Assembly: GCA_035161305.1 (NCBI GenBank)
Contig: JAALXO010000075.1
Coordinates: 1,588 to 65,587, forward strand
Reading direction: 5' to 3'
From: Candidatus Hestiella acidicharens
GTDB lineage: Archaea > Thermoproteota > Thermoprotei_A > Sulfolobales > Acidilobaceae
Length of the DNA: 64,000 bases
Position 1 is the stretch's first letter; every line of letters begins with the position of its first letter. The notes below the pieces were generated by a model. That model saw only the letters and a program-made list of their open reading frames with translations, did no database searches and was not told the DNA's origin. Position numbers and translations under genes: made by a program. Shown here piece after piece: positions 20,537-31,092 of this stretch.

Positions 20537-21560
20537 TCCTTTCACGGCCGCTTTTACATTCCTCATTATTAATAATATGTATTGCATAATTGAAAATTTT
20601 TTCCTTATCTGCTTTATGGCTAAAGGTGAAAATACCTGCTCCTCTATGACCACCGCCGCTTCCACTAAAAAAGGTACTGAGGCGTTTAGCGATTCTAGAA
20701 GCGTCAACACCCTTTTCAAGGGCCCTTTCAGATATTTTTATAGATCCTCTTCCCATACCCTTTTGTTTCTCGTTTAAGGTAATCGCTATATCTCCTCCTA
20801 TGTCTATGATTATTCTAGAGGCATCTGATTCATGAGCCCCTACTTCAGATAGTGCAATTATTAAATTCCCACAGACCCTGCCTAGCATCATTCTACTCAG
20901 CGCTTTTAGCCTTGCCATCCTTGCTGAAAACTCTTCGTTTACAAAACCAAAGACCTCTCTCAATATCTTCCTTGCTTTTTTGTAGTCCCCTCCATGGTTT
21001 ATAAGGTACACAAGGCTTCGAAAAGTAGAGAGCCTCGCCCTTTCTAGGTTTCCGCTATCAGTAAGGATTCCCATTATTGCAAGCGTTGCTATATCTTTAT
21101 CTGGCCTTATCGAGAGCATTTCCATTAATTCTACTAGTATTTCTGTGGTTGAAGATGCTTCATTATCTACATAATATAGGTTTACAATTTTGGAGAGCTC
21201 ACCTTCCTTATGGTGGTCTATAAGCAACTTTTTTATTTCTTTCCTAATTAGTACTTTTCCTATTTCTCCCATTTGCGAAGCGTTTGCTGCATCAAGGATT
21301 ATAAATTGATCAGCGTTCAACTCTTTGCACTGTAGTGAGCCTATTCCCAGCTCATCGAGTATAGCCTTTGCTCCCCTAGAAATGCTTTCGAGATGAACAC
21401 AACATTTTTTGCTTAGTTCCATGCAAATGTCTTGCATAAGAAGTGATGATGAGATTGCATCAACATCTGCGTTTACATGGGATGTAATCACTATCCCTTT
21501 ACTATTGTCTATGAATTGGAGGAAATCGTTTAAAAAACCGGCAAGGTTGTTATTTTCCAA
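20526..21560 (-). CDS. DHH-family phosphoesterase
   Basis: TSHVNADVDA, ILD, LIDHH, ASSTTEI, GILTDSG, GGGH.GA motifs. Confidence 0.9.
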   Translation of the reverse strand: MENNNLAGFLNDFLQFIDNSKGIVITSHVNADVDAISSSLLMQDICMELSKKCCVHLESISRGAKAILDELGIGSLQCKELNADQFIILDAANASQMGEIGKVLIRKEIKKLLIDHHKEGELSKIVNLYYVDNEASSTTEILVELMEMLSIRPDKDIATLAIMGILTDSGNLERARLSTFRSLVYLINHGGDYKKARKILREVFGFVNEEFSARMARLKALSRMMLGRVCGNLIIALSEVGAHESDASRIIIDIGGDIAITLNEKQKGMGRGSIKISERALEKGVDASRIAKRLSTFFSGSGGGHRGAGIFTFSHKADKEKIFNYAIHIINNEECKSGRERNEQ

Positions 21561-21580
21561 TTTATTTTCACTTATTCTCC

Positions 21581-21973
21581 TTATCCTCCAGCTCCTCCAA
21601 TACCCTTAGATAAGCCTAACCCAGCAAGCATTTGCTTTAGTTCATTTGTCAGCCTATCCATTTCATCCTTTACCATGTTCTCTTGGTTCTTTAATGCCTT
21701 TATTTTGAGTTCTAGGTCTTCCTTTTTTGTCTCGAGCTCTTTCATCAAGTCTTCCTTTTTGTTCTTAATCAATACGAAGCCGGACATCTTGAATAGCTCT
21801 GTGCTTTCATCGAGGCTTTTTAGCTTTTCAAGAACCTTTTCTATTTCTCCTAGCGAAGACTCCGCATTTAATCTTTGCTGTATTATAACGTTATAGGTGT
21901 CCCTTAGCTTAAGGTATTTATTATATTTAGCCTCCGCTTCAGGCGGTATCCTTTCTACCAATTTTCTCCCCAT
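21581..21973 (-). CDS. pfdB: Prefoldin beta subunit
   Basis: IPPE...coiled coil, central LFKMSGFVLIK hairpin, second coiled coil. Confidence 0.92.
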   Translation of the reverse strand: MGRKLVERIPPEAEAKYNKYLKLRDTYNVIIQQRLNAESSLGEIEKVLEKLKSLDESTELFKMSGFVLIKNKKEDLMKELETKKEDLELKIKALKNQENMVKDEMDRLTNELKQMLAGLGLSKGIGGAGG

Positions 21974-22162
21974 TGTTTCTTGTAGGCTAATTGGTTTTTA
22001 TGCTTAAACACTTCTTGACAGGATGTTGTGGTTTTAAATAAAAAGCGTTTTTTAAAAGTTAAAGATTTAAACTAAGCTAAAAAGCATCAATTATATATAT
22101 GAAAAGAAGGTAAAAACATAAATAAATCTACTTAATTAAACTAACTAAGGGGGTAGAATAGA

Positions 22163-22567
22163 TTGACGTTTGCCTATAGCCCGCTAGTGCTCTCTGCGAA
22201 CGCTTTGTTTGTTGTACCCCTTGTTATCCTTGCACTTCTATTTGCTGTTATTTACATTTTAAGATGGATATTGAAAGCAAGTTATGACATAGAAAAGAAA
22301 GAACCATATAAGAAAATCCCGTTTGAGTCCTCAAATCCACCAAGAGGCGTTGGTAAGGCCAGGGTACCATTCCAATACTTCGGCTATTTGATAATGTTTT
22401 TGACCGTAGAGCCTGCGGTGGTCATCTTAACGTTTATTGCCACATCTCCTCATACCCTTACATTTAAATCAATATTGTTTTATGTAATAATGGTTGTCAT
22501 ATTCACACCGTTATTAGCATATGCAGCTCATGAATCAAAGCGTATTAAGGAGTGGATATTAGGATGA
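22163..22567 (+). CDS. nuoA: Complex I-like subunit A
   Basis: KKIPFESSNPP.G..R...QYFGYLIMFLTVE; first gene of operon. Confidence 0.9.
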   Translation: MTFAYSPLVLSANALFVVPLVILALLFAVIYILRWILKASYDIEKKEPYKKIPFESSNPPRGVGKARVPFQYFGYLIMFLTVEPAVVILTFIATSPHTLTFKSILFYVIMVVIFTPLLAYAAHESKRIKEWILG

Positions 22568-22599
22568 AGCAACATATTTGGTGCAGGGAGGTGTAACAC

Positions 22600-23235
22600 A
22601 TGGGTAGTGACAACAAAGAGAAGAAGGAAGAGAGGCTGAACCTGCTCTATGGAGATCTAGATACTGTAGCCAAGATGGCAAAAGAATCCTTGATAAAGGG
22701 AAAGATAGCTAAAATGGTGGATTGGGCTACCTCTTTTAGTCTTTGGCCTGTACACTTGATGACAAGCTGTTGCGGCTGTGAAATAGGGGCTGCTTGGGGA
22801 CCTAGGTTTGATAATGAAAGGTTTGGTTCGCTCCCATGGGTGAGTCCTAGGCAGACAAATTTGATAATAGTTGAAGGCACAATAACGAAGAAAATGGCCT
22901 GCACGCTCAGGATTGTCTGGGAACAAATGCCATATCCGAAATTTGCAATAGCTATGGGGTCATGCGCTTTAGATGGTGGAATATTTTACAACAGCTACAA
23001 CATTGTGAGGCCGTGGCAGGTAATACCTATAGACATATACATACCAGGATGCCCTCCAAGACCTGAAGCTGTTGCCAGGTCCATTATAGAGTTACAGAAA
23101 ATGCTGAAAAACAAATCTCTTGCATCAAAATGGATATTAGAGTCAAAGCGTGAAGATAAAAAATACATAATTCCGAAAGAAGACCTTTGTGGATGGAGGG
23201 GTGAAAGGGTTGATCTCACTACAAGATATGATTAA
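22600..23235 (+). CDS. nuoB: Complex I-like subunit B
   Basis: SLWPVHLMTSCCGCEI, SPRQ, QMPYPKFAIAMGSCA..GG, DIYIPGCPPRPEA. Confidence 0.95.
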   Translation: MGSDNKEKKEERLNLLYGDLDTVAKMAKESLIKGKIAKMVDWATSFSLWPVHLMTSCCGCEIGAAWGPRFDNERFGSLPWVSPRQTNLIIVEGTITKKMACTLRIVWEQMPYPKFAIAMGSCALDGGIFYNSYNIVRPWQVIPIDIYIPGCPPRPEAVARSIIELQKMLKNKSLASKWILESKREDKKYIIPKEDLCGWRGERVDLTTRYD

Positions 23236-23716
23236 GGAAGCACTTGGCAATAATATAATAAAAATCGAGGATAACAAGGGATATATGGATGTAGTTGTAC
23301 CTTTGGAGAAATTGAAGGAGTCGGCAATAAAAGTAAAGCAACTTGGCTTTGACCACGTGAAGTCTGTAACTGCTGTTGATTATATTCAAAAGAAACAATT
23401 TATGGTTACATATCACATCTCGAGTTATCTTAATGAAGAGCTTTCAAGGCACGTCTTAGGATTATCGACTTTCATAGATAGGGATAATCCACACATTCCA
23501 AGCCTAGCCACTATATGGACGAGCGCGGAATTCCAGGAGAGGGAGGTGTATGAATTCTTTGGCATAATATTTGATGGTCATCCGGATTTACGTCTCTTAC
23601 TGTTAACGCCAGTCGTGGCTGCGTTAAAGCCCTTAAGGAAAGACTTTGTTGTTAAGGAAGATAGCATAAACATAGAGGTGGACTACGCGGCCTATAATGC
23701 AACAAAGTGGTGGTGA
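23228..23716 (+). CDS. nuoC: Complex I-like subunit C
   Basis: TAVDY, IPSLATIWTSAEFQEREVYEFFGIIFDGHPDLR.LL, PLRKDF; ATG at 23228 overlaps nuoB stop. Confidence 0.92.
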   Translation: MIKEALGNNIIKIEDNKGYMDVVVPLEKLKESAIKVKQLGFDHVKSVTAVDYIQKKQFMVTYHISSYLNEELSRHVLGLSTFIDRDNPHIPSLATIWTSAEFQEREVYEFFGIIFDGHPDLRLLLLTPVVAALKPLRKDFVVKEDSINIEVDYAAYNATKWW

Positions 23717-24975
23717 AGAAAGTGGAAGCTGGCACTATTTCGAGTGGTAGTGGCATACACCTTCCAGGAATGGAAATAGCAAAGGCTAGCAAGAATAGGT
23801 ATGAAGTAATGATAGGTCCGGCCCATCCCGGTTCTGGCCACATGAGGATATTTGTAGAAGTTGATGGAGACATAATGGTAAAGGTTGACCCTGATATAGG
23901 TTTTGTTCATAGGACCATGGAAAAGCTTGCAGAAGGAAGGGAGTGGATCCAGAACATACCGCTCTTCGAAAGGATAGCGATATTAGATGCTTGCAATATA
24001 ACGCTTCCATATGTAAGGGCTGTAGAAAAGCTGTTAGGAATAGAAGCGCCGGAAAGGGCTAGGTACTTAAGGACTTTACTATGCGAAATAAACAGGGTTG
24101 CAAGTCATTTATATGGTATGGGAATATTTGGGGTATTCTTAGGCCACTCGACTTTATATATGTGGGGTTTTGGAGATAGGGAAGTGTTTATAGACCTTGC
24201 TGAGAGGCTGACCGGTGCAAGGCTTACGCACACCTATCCTGTCTTTGGAGGGGTTAGAAGGGATATACCTGATGATTTTCCAGAGGATGCAAGAAAGGCA
24301 ACAAGATATATGAGAAAGAGGTTGAATGAATACGCTAAGATATTTTTAAACAACCCAAATATAAGGAGTAGGTTGGAAAACGTAGGGGTGTTGACCAAGA
24401 ATCAGGCAGCGGAGCTGGGGCTTGTGGGTCCTAACATTAGGGCTAGTGGTATAAGGTATGACGTTAGGCTTAATGAACCTTATGAAGCTTATGGAGATGT
24501 TGACTTTGAAATACCCGTTTTTGAGGAAGGCGATTCGCTAGCTAGGGCATGGGCAAGGGTTGAAGAAGTAAGGCAAAGCCTCAATATTATAGACCAGGTC
24601 GTCACTTGGCTCGAGAAGCATCCTAGGGAGAACTTTATGCATGAAAAGTTCTGGAAAACCGCACCTAAGCTATATAAAGACGTTTATGAAGGCAAGATAA
24701 GCTATTCCCCAAAGTACAGGATAAAGCTCATGCCAATTTTCGCCTCCCTGAAAGTGCCTCCGGGAAAATCCTTTGCGAGGGTTGAGGCCGGTAGGGGAGA
24801 AATAGTTTACTATGTAGAAAGCAATGGAGATATCTTTCCTTATAGGGTAAGGGTTGTCTCCCCTTCCTTTAGGAATGTCATAGCCTTTAAGTATGTAATG
24901 CCTGGGCATAGGCTTATGGATCTTCCAGCTATATATGGTAGCTTTGATTACTTCCCACCAGCATTTGATAGGTGA
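23707..24975 (+). CDS. nuoD: Complex I-like subunit D
   Basis: IGPAHPGSGH.R, DIGFVHRTMEK, EAGRGE; no NiFe CxxC motifs. Confidence 0.95.
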   Translation: MVVKKVEAGTISSGSGIHLPGMEIAKASKNRYEVMIGPAHPGSGHMRIFVEVDGDIMVKVDPDIGFVHRTMEKLAEGREWIQNIPLFERIAILDACNITLPYVRAVEKLLGIEAPERARYLRTLLCEINRVASHLYGMGIFGVFLGHSTLYMWGFGDREVFIDLAERLTGARLTHTYPVFGGVRRDIPDDFPEDARKATRYMRKRLNEYAKIFLNNPNIRSRLENVGVLTKNQAAELGLVGPNIRASGIRYDVRLNEPYEAYGDVDFEIPVFEEGDSLARAWARVEEVRQSLNIIDQVVTWLEKHPRENFMHEKFWKTAPKLYKDVYEGKISYSPKYRIKLMPIFASLKVPPGKSFARVEAGRGEIVYYVESNGDIFPYRVRVVSPSFRNVIAFKYVMPGHRLMDLPAIYGSFDYFPPAFDR

Positions 24976-26036
24976 GGCTGATGAACCCCTGTTATTATGC
25001 TTGCTATATAGTATACAAGGTTATTGTTTATGATATAATATTCTATCCTCCGGTCTACCAATTCCTAATCATACCTGGTCTAATAACTGCAATTATTATT
25101 GCTATATTTATAATATGGTTTGAAAGGAAGGCAGCTGCATATGTTCAAATGAGGTATGGGCCATGGGAAATAGCTCCAAAGATAGGTGGTGCAATACAAC
25201 TCTTGGCTGACCTAACGAGGTATGCGATGCAGGAAATAATTACGCCCCAGACTGTTGATACCTTACAATACCTGTTGGCACCAATAGTTATGGTAGTGCT
25301 TGCTTTGTTACCTCTCGAAGCAGTACCGCTAACCTCTGTAAAGCCTTATTTTCCAATTCCTAGTGGCTATAGCCTCTTAGTTGCCGTTGCTTTTACAACC
25401 CTTTCTCCATTGTTTATTACTATGATGGGATGGGCCAGCAACAATAAGTTCTCTATAACAGGTAGCGTTAGGGAGTCGTTCATGATAACGTCATATGAGC
25501 TTATCTCAGTTCTTGGTTTATTAACGGCTGCCGCTATGACAAGGTCTTATGACTTGGTTAAAATAGTTAATCTACAGATGTCAGGTAAGTGGCTTGGTCT
25601 AATTAACCCAATAGCATTGTTTGTTGTTTTTATTGCCGTGCTAATGAGTACTAGTGGTTTCCCATTCGAAATACCTGAGTCGGAAAGTGAATTGGTTGCA
25701 GGTCCATTTACAGAGTATAGTGGTTTGCTTTATGGTCTAAACATGGGTGGGGCCTATATTAGGAGGTGGGTCTTTAGCATCTTAATAACCCTAGTCTTCC
25801 TTGGAGGATGGGCTCCATACCGTCCAACTCCAGGAGTGATAACTGGTTACTTCGTTCCGAGCCTGATAGTTTCATTGAAGGCCGTCGTTATTATGGGGAT
25901 TATGAGCTTTCTGAGAAGCGTTTATGGAAGGTATAGGTTAGATCAAGCCTTAGGCATTGCATGGGAGATTTTAATTCCATTAGCGCTATTAGCTTTCGGT
26001 ATTGGATTGACCGAGGCATATTTTGGGATAATATGA
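24972..26036 (+). CDS. nuoH: Complex I-like subunit H
   Basis: WFERKAAAYVQMRYGP, PFEIPESESELVAGPFTEYSG. Confidence 0.95.
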   Translation: MRLMNPCYYACYIVYKVIVYDIIFYPPVYQFLIIPGLITAIIIAIFIIWFERKAAAYVQMRYGPWEIAPKIGGAIQLLADLTRYAMQEIITPQTVDTLQYLLAPIVMVVLALLPLEAVPLTSVKPYFPIPSGYSLLVAVAFTTLSPLFITMMGWASNNKFSITGSVRESFMITSYELISVLGLLTAAAMTRSYDLVKIVNLQMSGKWLGLINPIALFVVFIAVLMSTSGFPFEIPESESELVAGPFTEYSGLLYGLNMGGAYIRRWVFSILITLVFLGGWAPYRPTPGVITGYFVPSLIVSLKAVVIMGIMSFLRSVYGRYRLDQALGIAWEILIPLALLAFGIGLTEAYFGII

Positions 26037-26037
26037 G

Positions 26038-26658
26038 GTGATCGATGTGCCGGCAAAGGTATCGCAAAAAAAGAACCCTAAGAGAAACCCGCTAGGAAAG
26101 GTGTTTGCTGGGAACATTGGTGCGCTTGCAGTGGGGTTAAAGTATTTCTTTGATCCAAACAGGATAACTTTGTTATATCCTCATGAATACATAAAGCTTA
26201 ATAAAGGATATAGGGGATTTATAGTATTAATTAAGGAAAAGTGTATAAGCTGTTCTTCATGTGCAAGGATATGCCCTGCAGCGGCAATGAGGATGCTTTC
26301 TGTAAAGGTATATAATGAGAAGTTGAAGAAGTACATGATTAAAAAGTATCCTGTAATCAACTATAATAGATGCATATTCTGTGGTCTTTGTGTAGATGTG
26401 TGTCCTACTGAAGCGTTATATCACGTACCCTATCATGATATAGTTTATGAAAACATGAATGACATGATACTCTCTCTTGAAGATTTTCAAAAGGAGCCAG
26501 AAAATATAGAGTTTAAGGAGGGCATACCAGTAAAATACTACTTCGATGAAAGGAGGGGTCTTGTAAAGACGCCATATATGGAAGAGCTTGAAAAACGGAA
26601 TGAGAAAGAAGAAAAAAATCAAAAAGTTGAAGGAGAAGGTGAAAAGGGGGCGGGTTAG
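26038..26658 (+). CDS. nuoI: Complex I-like subunit I (2x[4Fe-4S])
   Basis: CISCSSCARICP and CIFCGLCVDVCP. Confidence 0.95.
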   Translation: MIDVPAKVSQKKNPKRNPLGKVFAGNIGALAVGLKYFFDPNRITLLYPHEYIKLNKGYRGFIVLIKEKCISCSSCARICPAAAMRMLSVKVYNEKLKKYMIKKYPVINYNRCIFCGLCVDVCPTEALYHVPYHDIVYENMNDMILSLEDFQKEPENIEFKEGIPVKYYFDERRGLVKTPYMEELEKRNEKEEKNQKVEGEGEKGAG

Positions 26659-27153
26659 ATGCATATGTATACAATGCTACCGTTTTTTACGATTGCATTA
26701 GGTGTGGCATCGATAGCTGCTGCGTATTATGTGGTAAAAATTAAGGACCTAGTCTACGCAAGCGTTATGCTAGATGTGTTAGCTTCGATAATAGCTTCTA
26801 TGCTGGCATTAATTGGATATGGCATAGTTGCGGCATTTCAGGTATTAATATATGTAGGGGCTGCTGTTATGTTCATCATAATTACCATATCGATGATAGG
26901 TGCAAGGGGTAGGGAGACGAAAGAACCATTTTTGGGATTTATTACAGGTACCTTTTTATCAATTGCAATAATAATTATTGTAATGGGAGGTGGACTCTTT
27001 AAGCTCTATGCACGTCCAGGGTATGTGAGCCCATCGCAGGCGGCAGCTGGTTTGTTAAGCCACTACTTCCCTGTAATAGTCTTAATAATAATTGCGCAAG
27101 CGGCAACAATCATAGAGGCTATAAGTATCTCAAAGAGGGGTGAAAAGAAATGA
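26659..27153 (+). CDS. nuoJ: Complex I-like subunit J
   Basis: AAFQVLIYVGAAVMFII motif; operon position. Confidence 0.9.
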   Translation: MHMYTMLPFFTIALGVASIAAAYYVVKIKDLVYASVMLDVLASIIASMLALIGYGIVAAFQVLIYVGAAVMFIIITISMIGARGRETKEPFLGFITGTFLSIAIIIIVMGGGLFKLYARPGYVSPSQAAAGLLSHYFPVIVLIIIAQAATIIEAISISKRGEKK

Positions 27154-27464
27154 TGGCATTGGATACGCTAACTGGTGCTGTTGTGATGGTTGTCTCCTCA
27201 GTTATTATGGGAATTGGGGCATATGGCGTGGCATCGTCAAGATCCCTGTTTAGGCAGGTCTTATCGATAGAGGTAATATTTAATGGCCTTCTACTCCTTG
27301 TTTTATCTCTCCTATCTTTTAACGCAATAGCCGCAACTTACTTTGGTATACTTATAATTTCATCGGTTGCGGCAGAAATTATAGTTGTTGTTGCAATTAT
27401 TGTTGCATACCTTAGAAGTACTGGTAGCCTTAGCTCAGATGAGCTCGAGGAGGAGCGTGCATAA
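27150..27464 (+). CDS. nuoK: Complex I-like subunit K
   Basis: SIEVIFNG, SVAAE 3-TM pattern. Confidence 0.9.
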   Translation: MMALDTLTGAVVMVVSSVIMGIGAYGVASSRSLFRQVLSIEVIFNGLLLLVLSLLSFNAIAATYFGILIISSVAAEIIVVVAIIVAYLRSTGSLSSDELEEERA

Positions 27465-27466
27465 CC

Positions 27467-29029
27467 ATGATGTTGTCTTTTCCATATCTTTGGCTTTCGT
27501 TCCTTCTCCCGTTGTTTTTGGGTATTATAGCCTGGGGTCTTGGGAGATATGAAAAGGCGGTAAAGGCATTAATTGACATATCGGCCATATCATTGCTTAT
27601 TCCACTGGTTTTGGTTTTATATTATTATGCTACGGGTCAAATTTACAAGGGGATAGTTGATCCTTTATCAATAAATTTAGTAAAATATAAGATAGGTACC
27701 TTTTACTTTGCCGTTGACGGCCTTTCAGCCCCAATAGTTATAGGAATTTCAATAGTCACAGCATTTGTAGCATTTTATGGCATTAAATACATGAAGAACA
27801 GGATAGAGGAACTAAAGAAGGAGAAGGCATCTGTTCCGAATCTAGGTGCATATACTTTTCTATACAATCTTTTTGCTGTAACAATGCTCGGCATTGCATA
27901 TTCCACAAACCTAATAGAATTTTACATATTTCTTGAAGGAACGTTGGCCTCGTCGTTTTTGCTTATAGCCTATTATGGCTATGGTAACAGGAAAAAGTAT
28001 TCCTTGCTATACTTCGTTTGGACACACATAGGTGCTGTAATACTCCTTACGGGCATTCTTTATCTTGGATATATTATAGGATCATTTAATTATATGACGT
28101 TAAGCAATGGGGTTCTGTTGCCTGTGGGCTCCCTGCAAGCAAAGCTCGGAGAGGCAGCTGTTGCAATTGCCCTCTTGATGACTATTGGACTTTTTGTAAA
28201 AATGGCAATATTTGGGGTTCATATGTGGGCTCCATACACCTATGCAGAATCTCCAACGCCAATATCGGCCCTCCTCTCTTCTAACCTAACTGGCTTGGCA
28301 GGATATGCACTAGCTAGGTTTGTCTTTCAGTATTTTCCATCAATAATGCTTAGCTGGAGGCCTATATTGCTCGGCATAGCATTCCTTACGCTCATTTATG
28401 GGGGCCTCCTTGCCGTTCGCCAAGCTGATTTCAAAAGATTCCTTGCGTACTCTGGTATAAGCCAGATGGGATACATGCTCCTAGGCCTATCAACACTAAC
28501 TTCCTATGGTATTGCAGGCGCAATGCTAATATATCTCTCCCATGCAATAGGAAAAGCCATACTTTTCATGGTTTCAGGCGTGTTTATAACGGAACTTGGG
28601 AACCTAAGGAACATAAAGAAGATGGGGGGACTGGCAAAAATGTATCCATTTACCGCCGCTTTAGCCCTGTTCGGCTTTATGAACCTATCTGGCATACCAC
28701 CAACAATAGGCATGTGGAGTGAGATATTGATTGTGATGGGTGTGGTTAAGTCAGTTGCACTAAGTAGCCTAGGTGGGTTGGTAGGCTTCACGTTCTTGTT
28801 GATTGTATCCCTAACGATAACTGCAGCCTATTCTTTTGTAATGATGCGTAGGGTATTTTATGGGCAGATGAGGAGTGAGGTTAAGGAACATGAAAAGATT
28901 GATGGGTTTAAGCTTTCCATGCTAGCGATTGCAATTTTTGGATTTGTATTTTTCTTGTATATAAATCCGCTGATGAATGGACTAAACTACTCAGCAATAT
29001 CATTTATCATATCTTTTTTAGGTAGGTGA
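27467..29029 (+). CDS. nuoM: Complex I-like subunit M
   Basis: FAVDGLSAP, FYIFLE, VKMAIFGVHMWAPYTYAESPTP, LAYSGISQMG, SGIPPTIGMWSE. Confidence 0.9.
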   Translation: MMLSFPYLWLSFLLPLFLGIIAWGLGRYEKAVKALIDISAISLLIPLVLVLYYYATGQIYKGIVDPLSINLVKYKIGTFYFAVDGLSAPIVIGISIVTAFVAFYGIKYMKNRIEELKKEKASVPNLGAYTFLYNLFAVTMLGIAYSTNLIEFYIFLEGTLASSFLLIAYYGYGNRKKYSLLYFVWTHIGAVILLTGILYLGYIIGSFNYMTLSNGVLLPVGSLQAKLGEAAVAIALLMTIGLFVKMAIFGVHMWAPYTYAESPTPISALLSSNLTGLAGYALARFVFQYFPSIMLSWRPILLGIAFLTLIYGGLLAVRQADFKRFLAYSGISQMGYMLLGLSTLTSYGIAGAMLIYLSHAIGKAILFMVSGVFITELGNLRNIKKMGGLAKMYPFTAALALFGFMNLSGIPPTIGMWSEILIVMGVVKSVALSSLGGLVGFTFLLIVSLTITAAYSFVMMRRVFYGQMRSEVKEHEKIDGFKLSMLAIAIFGFVFFLYINPLMNGLNYSAISFIISFLGR

Positions 29030-31086
29030 TGCTTATGGTAGTTGTTTATGGGAACTGGTGGGAATGGAACTCGATATGGCTCTCCCCATTTTTTGCAGCA
29101 GGTGTACTGGCGATACTGTGGCTTGTGGGAGTAAGGAATGAAAAGGTATATGATTTAATAAGCGTATTGAGCATACTTATCTCTTCGATAATATCAACAT
29201 TTGCTTTATATTACGTATTGATAAGGCACGAAGTAATAATAGCACAGACATCATGGTATTGGGTAACCTTTCTCAAAATAAAGGTAGGTGCTTACTTAGA
29301 TGGTCTAGGTGCAATAATGTCTACCATAGTTTCTTGGCTAAGTTTCTTAATAGTTGCATATAGTATTGAATATATGAAGAAAGATTGGGGGGTACAAAGG
29401 TACTTCTTTTTCATGTCATTCTTCGTCGGTAGCATGTTGCTCCTCGTAGATGCTAGTAACTTAATCCTTATGTTTATAGGATGGGAGGGCACAGGCCTTG
29501 CAAGCTATGCACTAATAGGCCATTGGTATACAGATGAAGAAAAGTATTGGGTAGGTGTTCCAAACAGAAAGGCATTAGGCTTGCCAATGTATTTTGAGCC
29601 AAGTAATAGTGGTCTTAGGGCAATGATATTTACTAGGATAGGTGATATAGGGTTTTTGATAGGGATAACCGGCCTATTCTTCTTGGCTCACTATTCGATG
29701 AACCTCCTCTCCATTTATTCAAGCGCAGGCGCTTGGATGGGGGAGCTGGCATCTAAAGGCATGCTTGCGGCGTTCTTGCTCATATTCACGCTAGGGGCCA
29801 TATCAAAGAGTGCACAGTTCCCGTTCCATGAATGGCTTGTAACTGCTATGACAGGTCCAACACCAGTCTCTGCGTTAATACATGCAGCAACGATGGTAAA
29901 GGCTGGTGTGTATTTCGTATTGAGGTTTGCACCGATATTCTTTGTAGGGGCAGTGGCTGCGAGCGCCCTAGCTGTTTCTCAAACACATGAATACTTCTAT
30001 ATGCTTGCAGGAATAGCAGTAACTACCGTATTTATTATGGCTACAATGGCGATAGTAAGCAATGAATTTAAGTTAATATTGGCATATTCAACGGCAGAAT
30101 ACTTGGGTTACATGATACTTGCCGTTGCTGCTGGAGGCCTTTTCGTTACAACTCACAACTTTCACGCCATGGCTGACGCAGAGGTTGCGGGAATAGCGAT
30201 GCTCTTAGCACATGCCATATTTAAAGCTGCGTTGTTCTTGATAGCAGGATATGCCCTTCATGTAGCCAATAGCAGGTTTATAGATCATATGGGCAACTAC
30301 TCGAAATACATGAAGGTAACCGCTATTGCCATGTGGCTTTCTGGATTAAGCTTGGCGGCCATACCACCTTTCAGCGGCTTCTTCGGTAAGGAACTTGTAT
30401 TAGAGAACGTTGGCAAAACCGGTTATCTTGGCTTGTATCTCTTCGCAGTTTTTGCAGTATTCTTTACTGCAGCATACATTTCAAGGCTAATAATAAGGGT
30501 TTTTCACGAGCCTCCTTATGTTAAAAACAAGGAATCCGAACACCATCTAAAGGAAGCACCAATACTCATGCTTGCTCCATATACTGTACTGGCTTTAGCA
30601 GCAATAGTCTTGGGAGCATTATGGATTTATACAGGAAAGGGGCTAGCTATAGGCATGTTTGAGACGCTAGGTATAAAAGCCTTCCCTATATTTAATGTAG
30701 CGATAGATGCCTCAACAATAACCATAACTACATTAATAATAATAGACTTCATAATAATTGCATTGCTCTACTATAGGCGGTACAACTTCATGGGTCTGTT
30801 GGAGAAGAGCTCAGCTTTAAGGGCAATACACGCGTTCTTGTTCGATAGGTGGTTCATCAATTCAGGCCTTTACTATCTCTTCTTATATCCATTTATGGGA
30901 CTATCGTGGATATCTAACGTTATCAACGTTGCTATAGATCTTTTCTATCATAGGGTATTGGTGAAGGCTGGGGAACTCACATCCCTTGGATTAAGGACTT
31001 TCTTTAGAGGGAGGACAGACTACCTTGTAGCAATATACATAGCAATGGTAAGCATAGTAATGCTATTAATATACTTTGGATGGTGA
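29026..31086 (+). CDS. nuoL: Complex I-like subunit L
   Basis: FIGWEGTGLASYALIGHW, TRIGDIG, KSAQFPFHEWLVTAMTGPTPVSALIHAATMVKAGVY. Confidence 0.93.
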   Translation: MMLMVVVYGNWWEWNSIWLSPFFAAGVLAILWLVGVRNEKVYDLISVLSILISSIISTFALYYVLIRHEVIIAQTSWYWVTFLKIKVGAYLDGLGAIMSTIVSWLSFLIVAYSIEYMKKDWGVQRYFFFMSFFVGSMLLLVDASNLILMFIGWEGTGLASYALIGHWYTDEEKYWVGVPNRKALGLPMYFEPSNSGLRAMIFTRIGDIGFLIGITGLFFLAHYSMNLLSIYSSAGAWMGELASKGMLAAFLLIFTLGAISKSAQFPFHEWLVTAMTGPTPVSALIHAATMVKAGVYFVLRFAPIFFVGAVAASALAVSQTHEYFYMLAGIAVTTVFIMATMAIVSNEFKLILAYSTAEYLGYMILAVAAGGLFVTTHNFHAMADAEVAGIAMLLAHAIFKAALFLIAGYALHVANSRFIDHMGNYSKYMKVTAIAMWLSGLSLAAIPPFSGFFGKELVLENVGKTGYLGLYLFAVFAVFFTAAYISRLIIRVFHEPPYVKNKESEHHLKEAPILMLAPYTVLALAAIVLGALWIYTGKGLAIGMFETLGIKAFPIFNVAIDASTITITTLIIIDFIIIALLYYRRYNFMGLLEKSSALRAIHAFLFDRWFINSGLYYLFLYPFMGLSWISNVINVAIDLFYHRVLVKAGELTSLGLRTFFRGRTDYLVAIYIAMVSIVMLLIYFGW

Positions 31087-31092
31087 TAGAAT

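Noticed and set aside
20537-20719. N-terminal extension of XPF given by the ORF track
   Set aside because: Overlaps the DHH gene on the same strand and has no nuclease homology; ATG at 20536 fits better
23707-24975. Group 4 [NiFe]-hydrogenase large subunit
   Set aside because: Both Ni-binding CxxC motifs are absent; complex I-like NuoD
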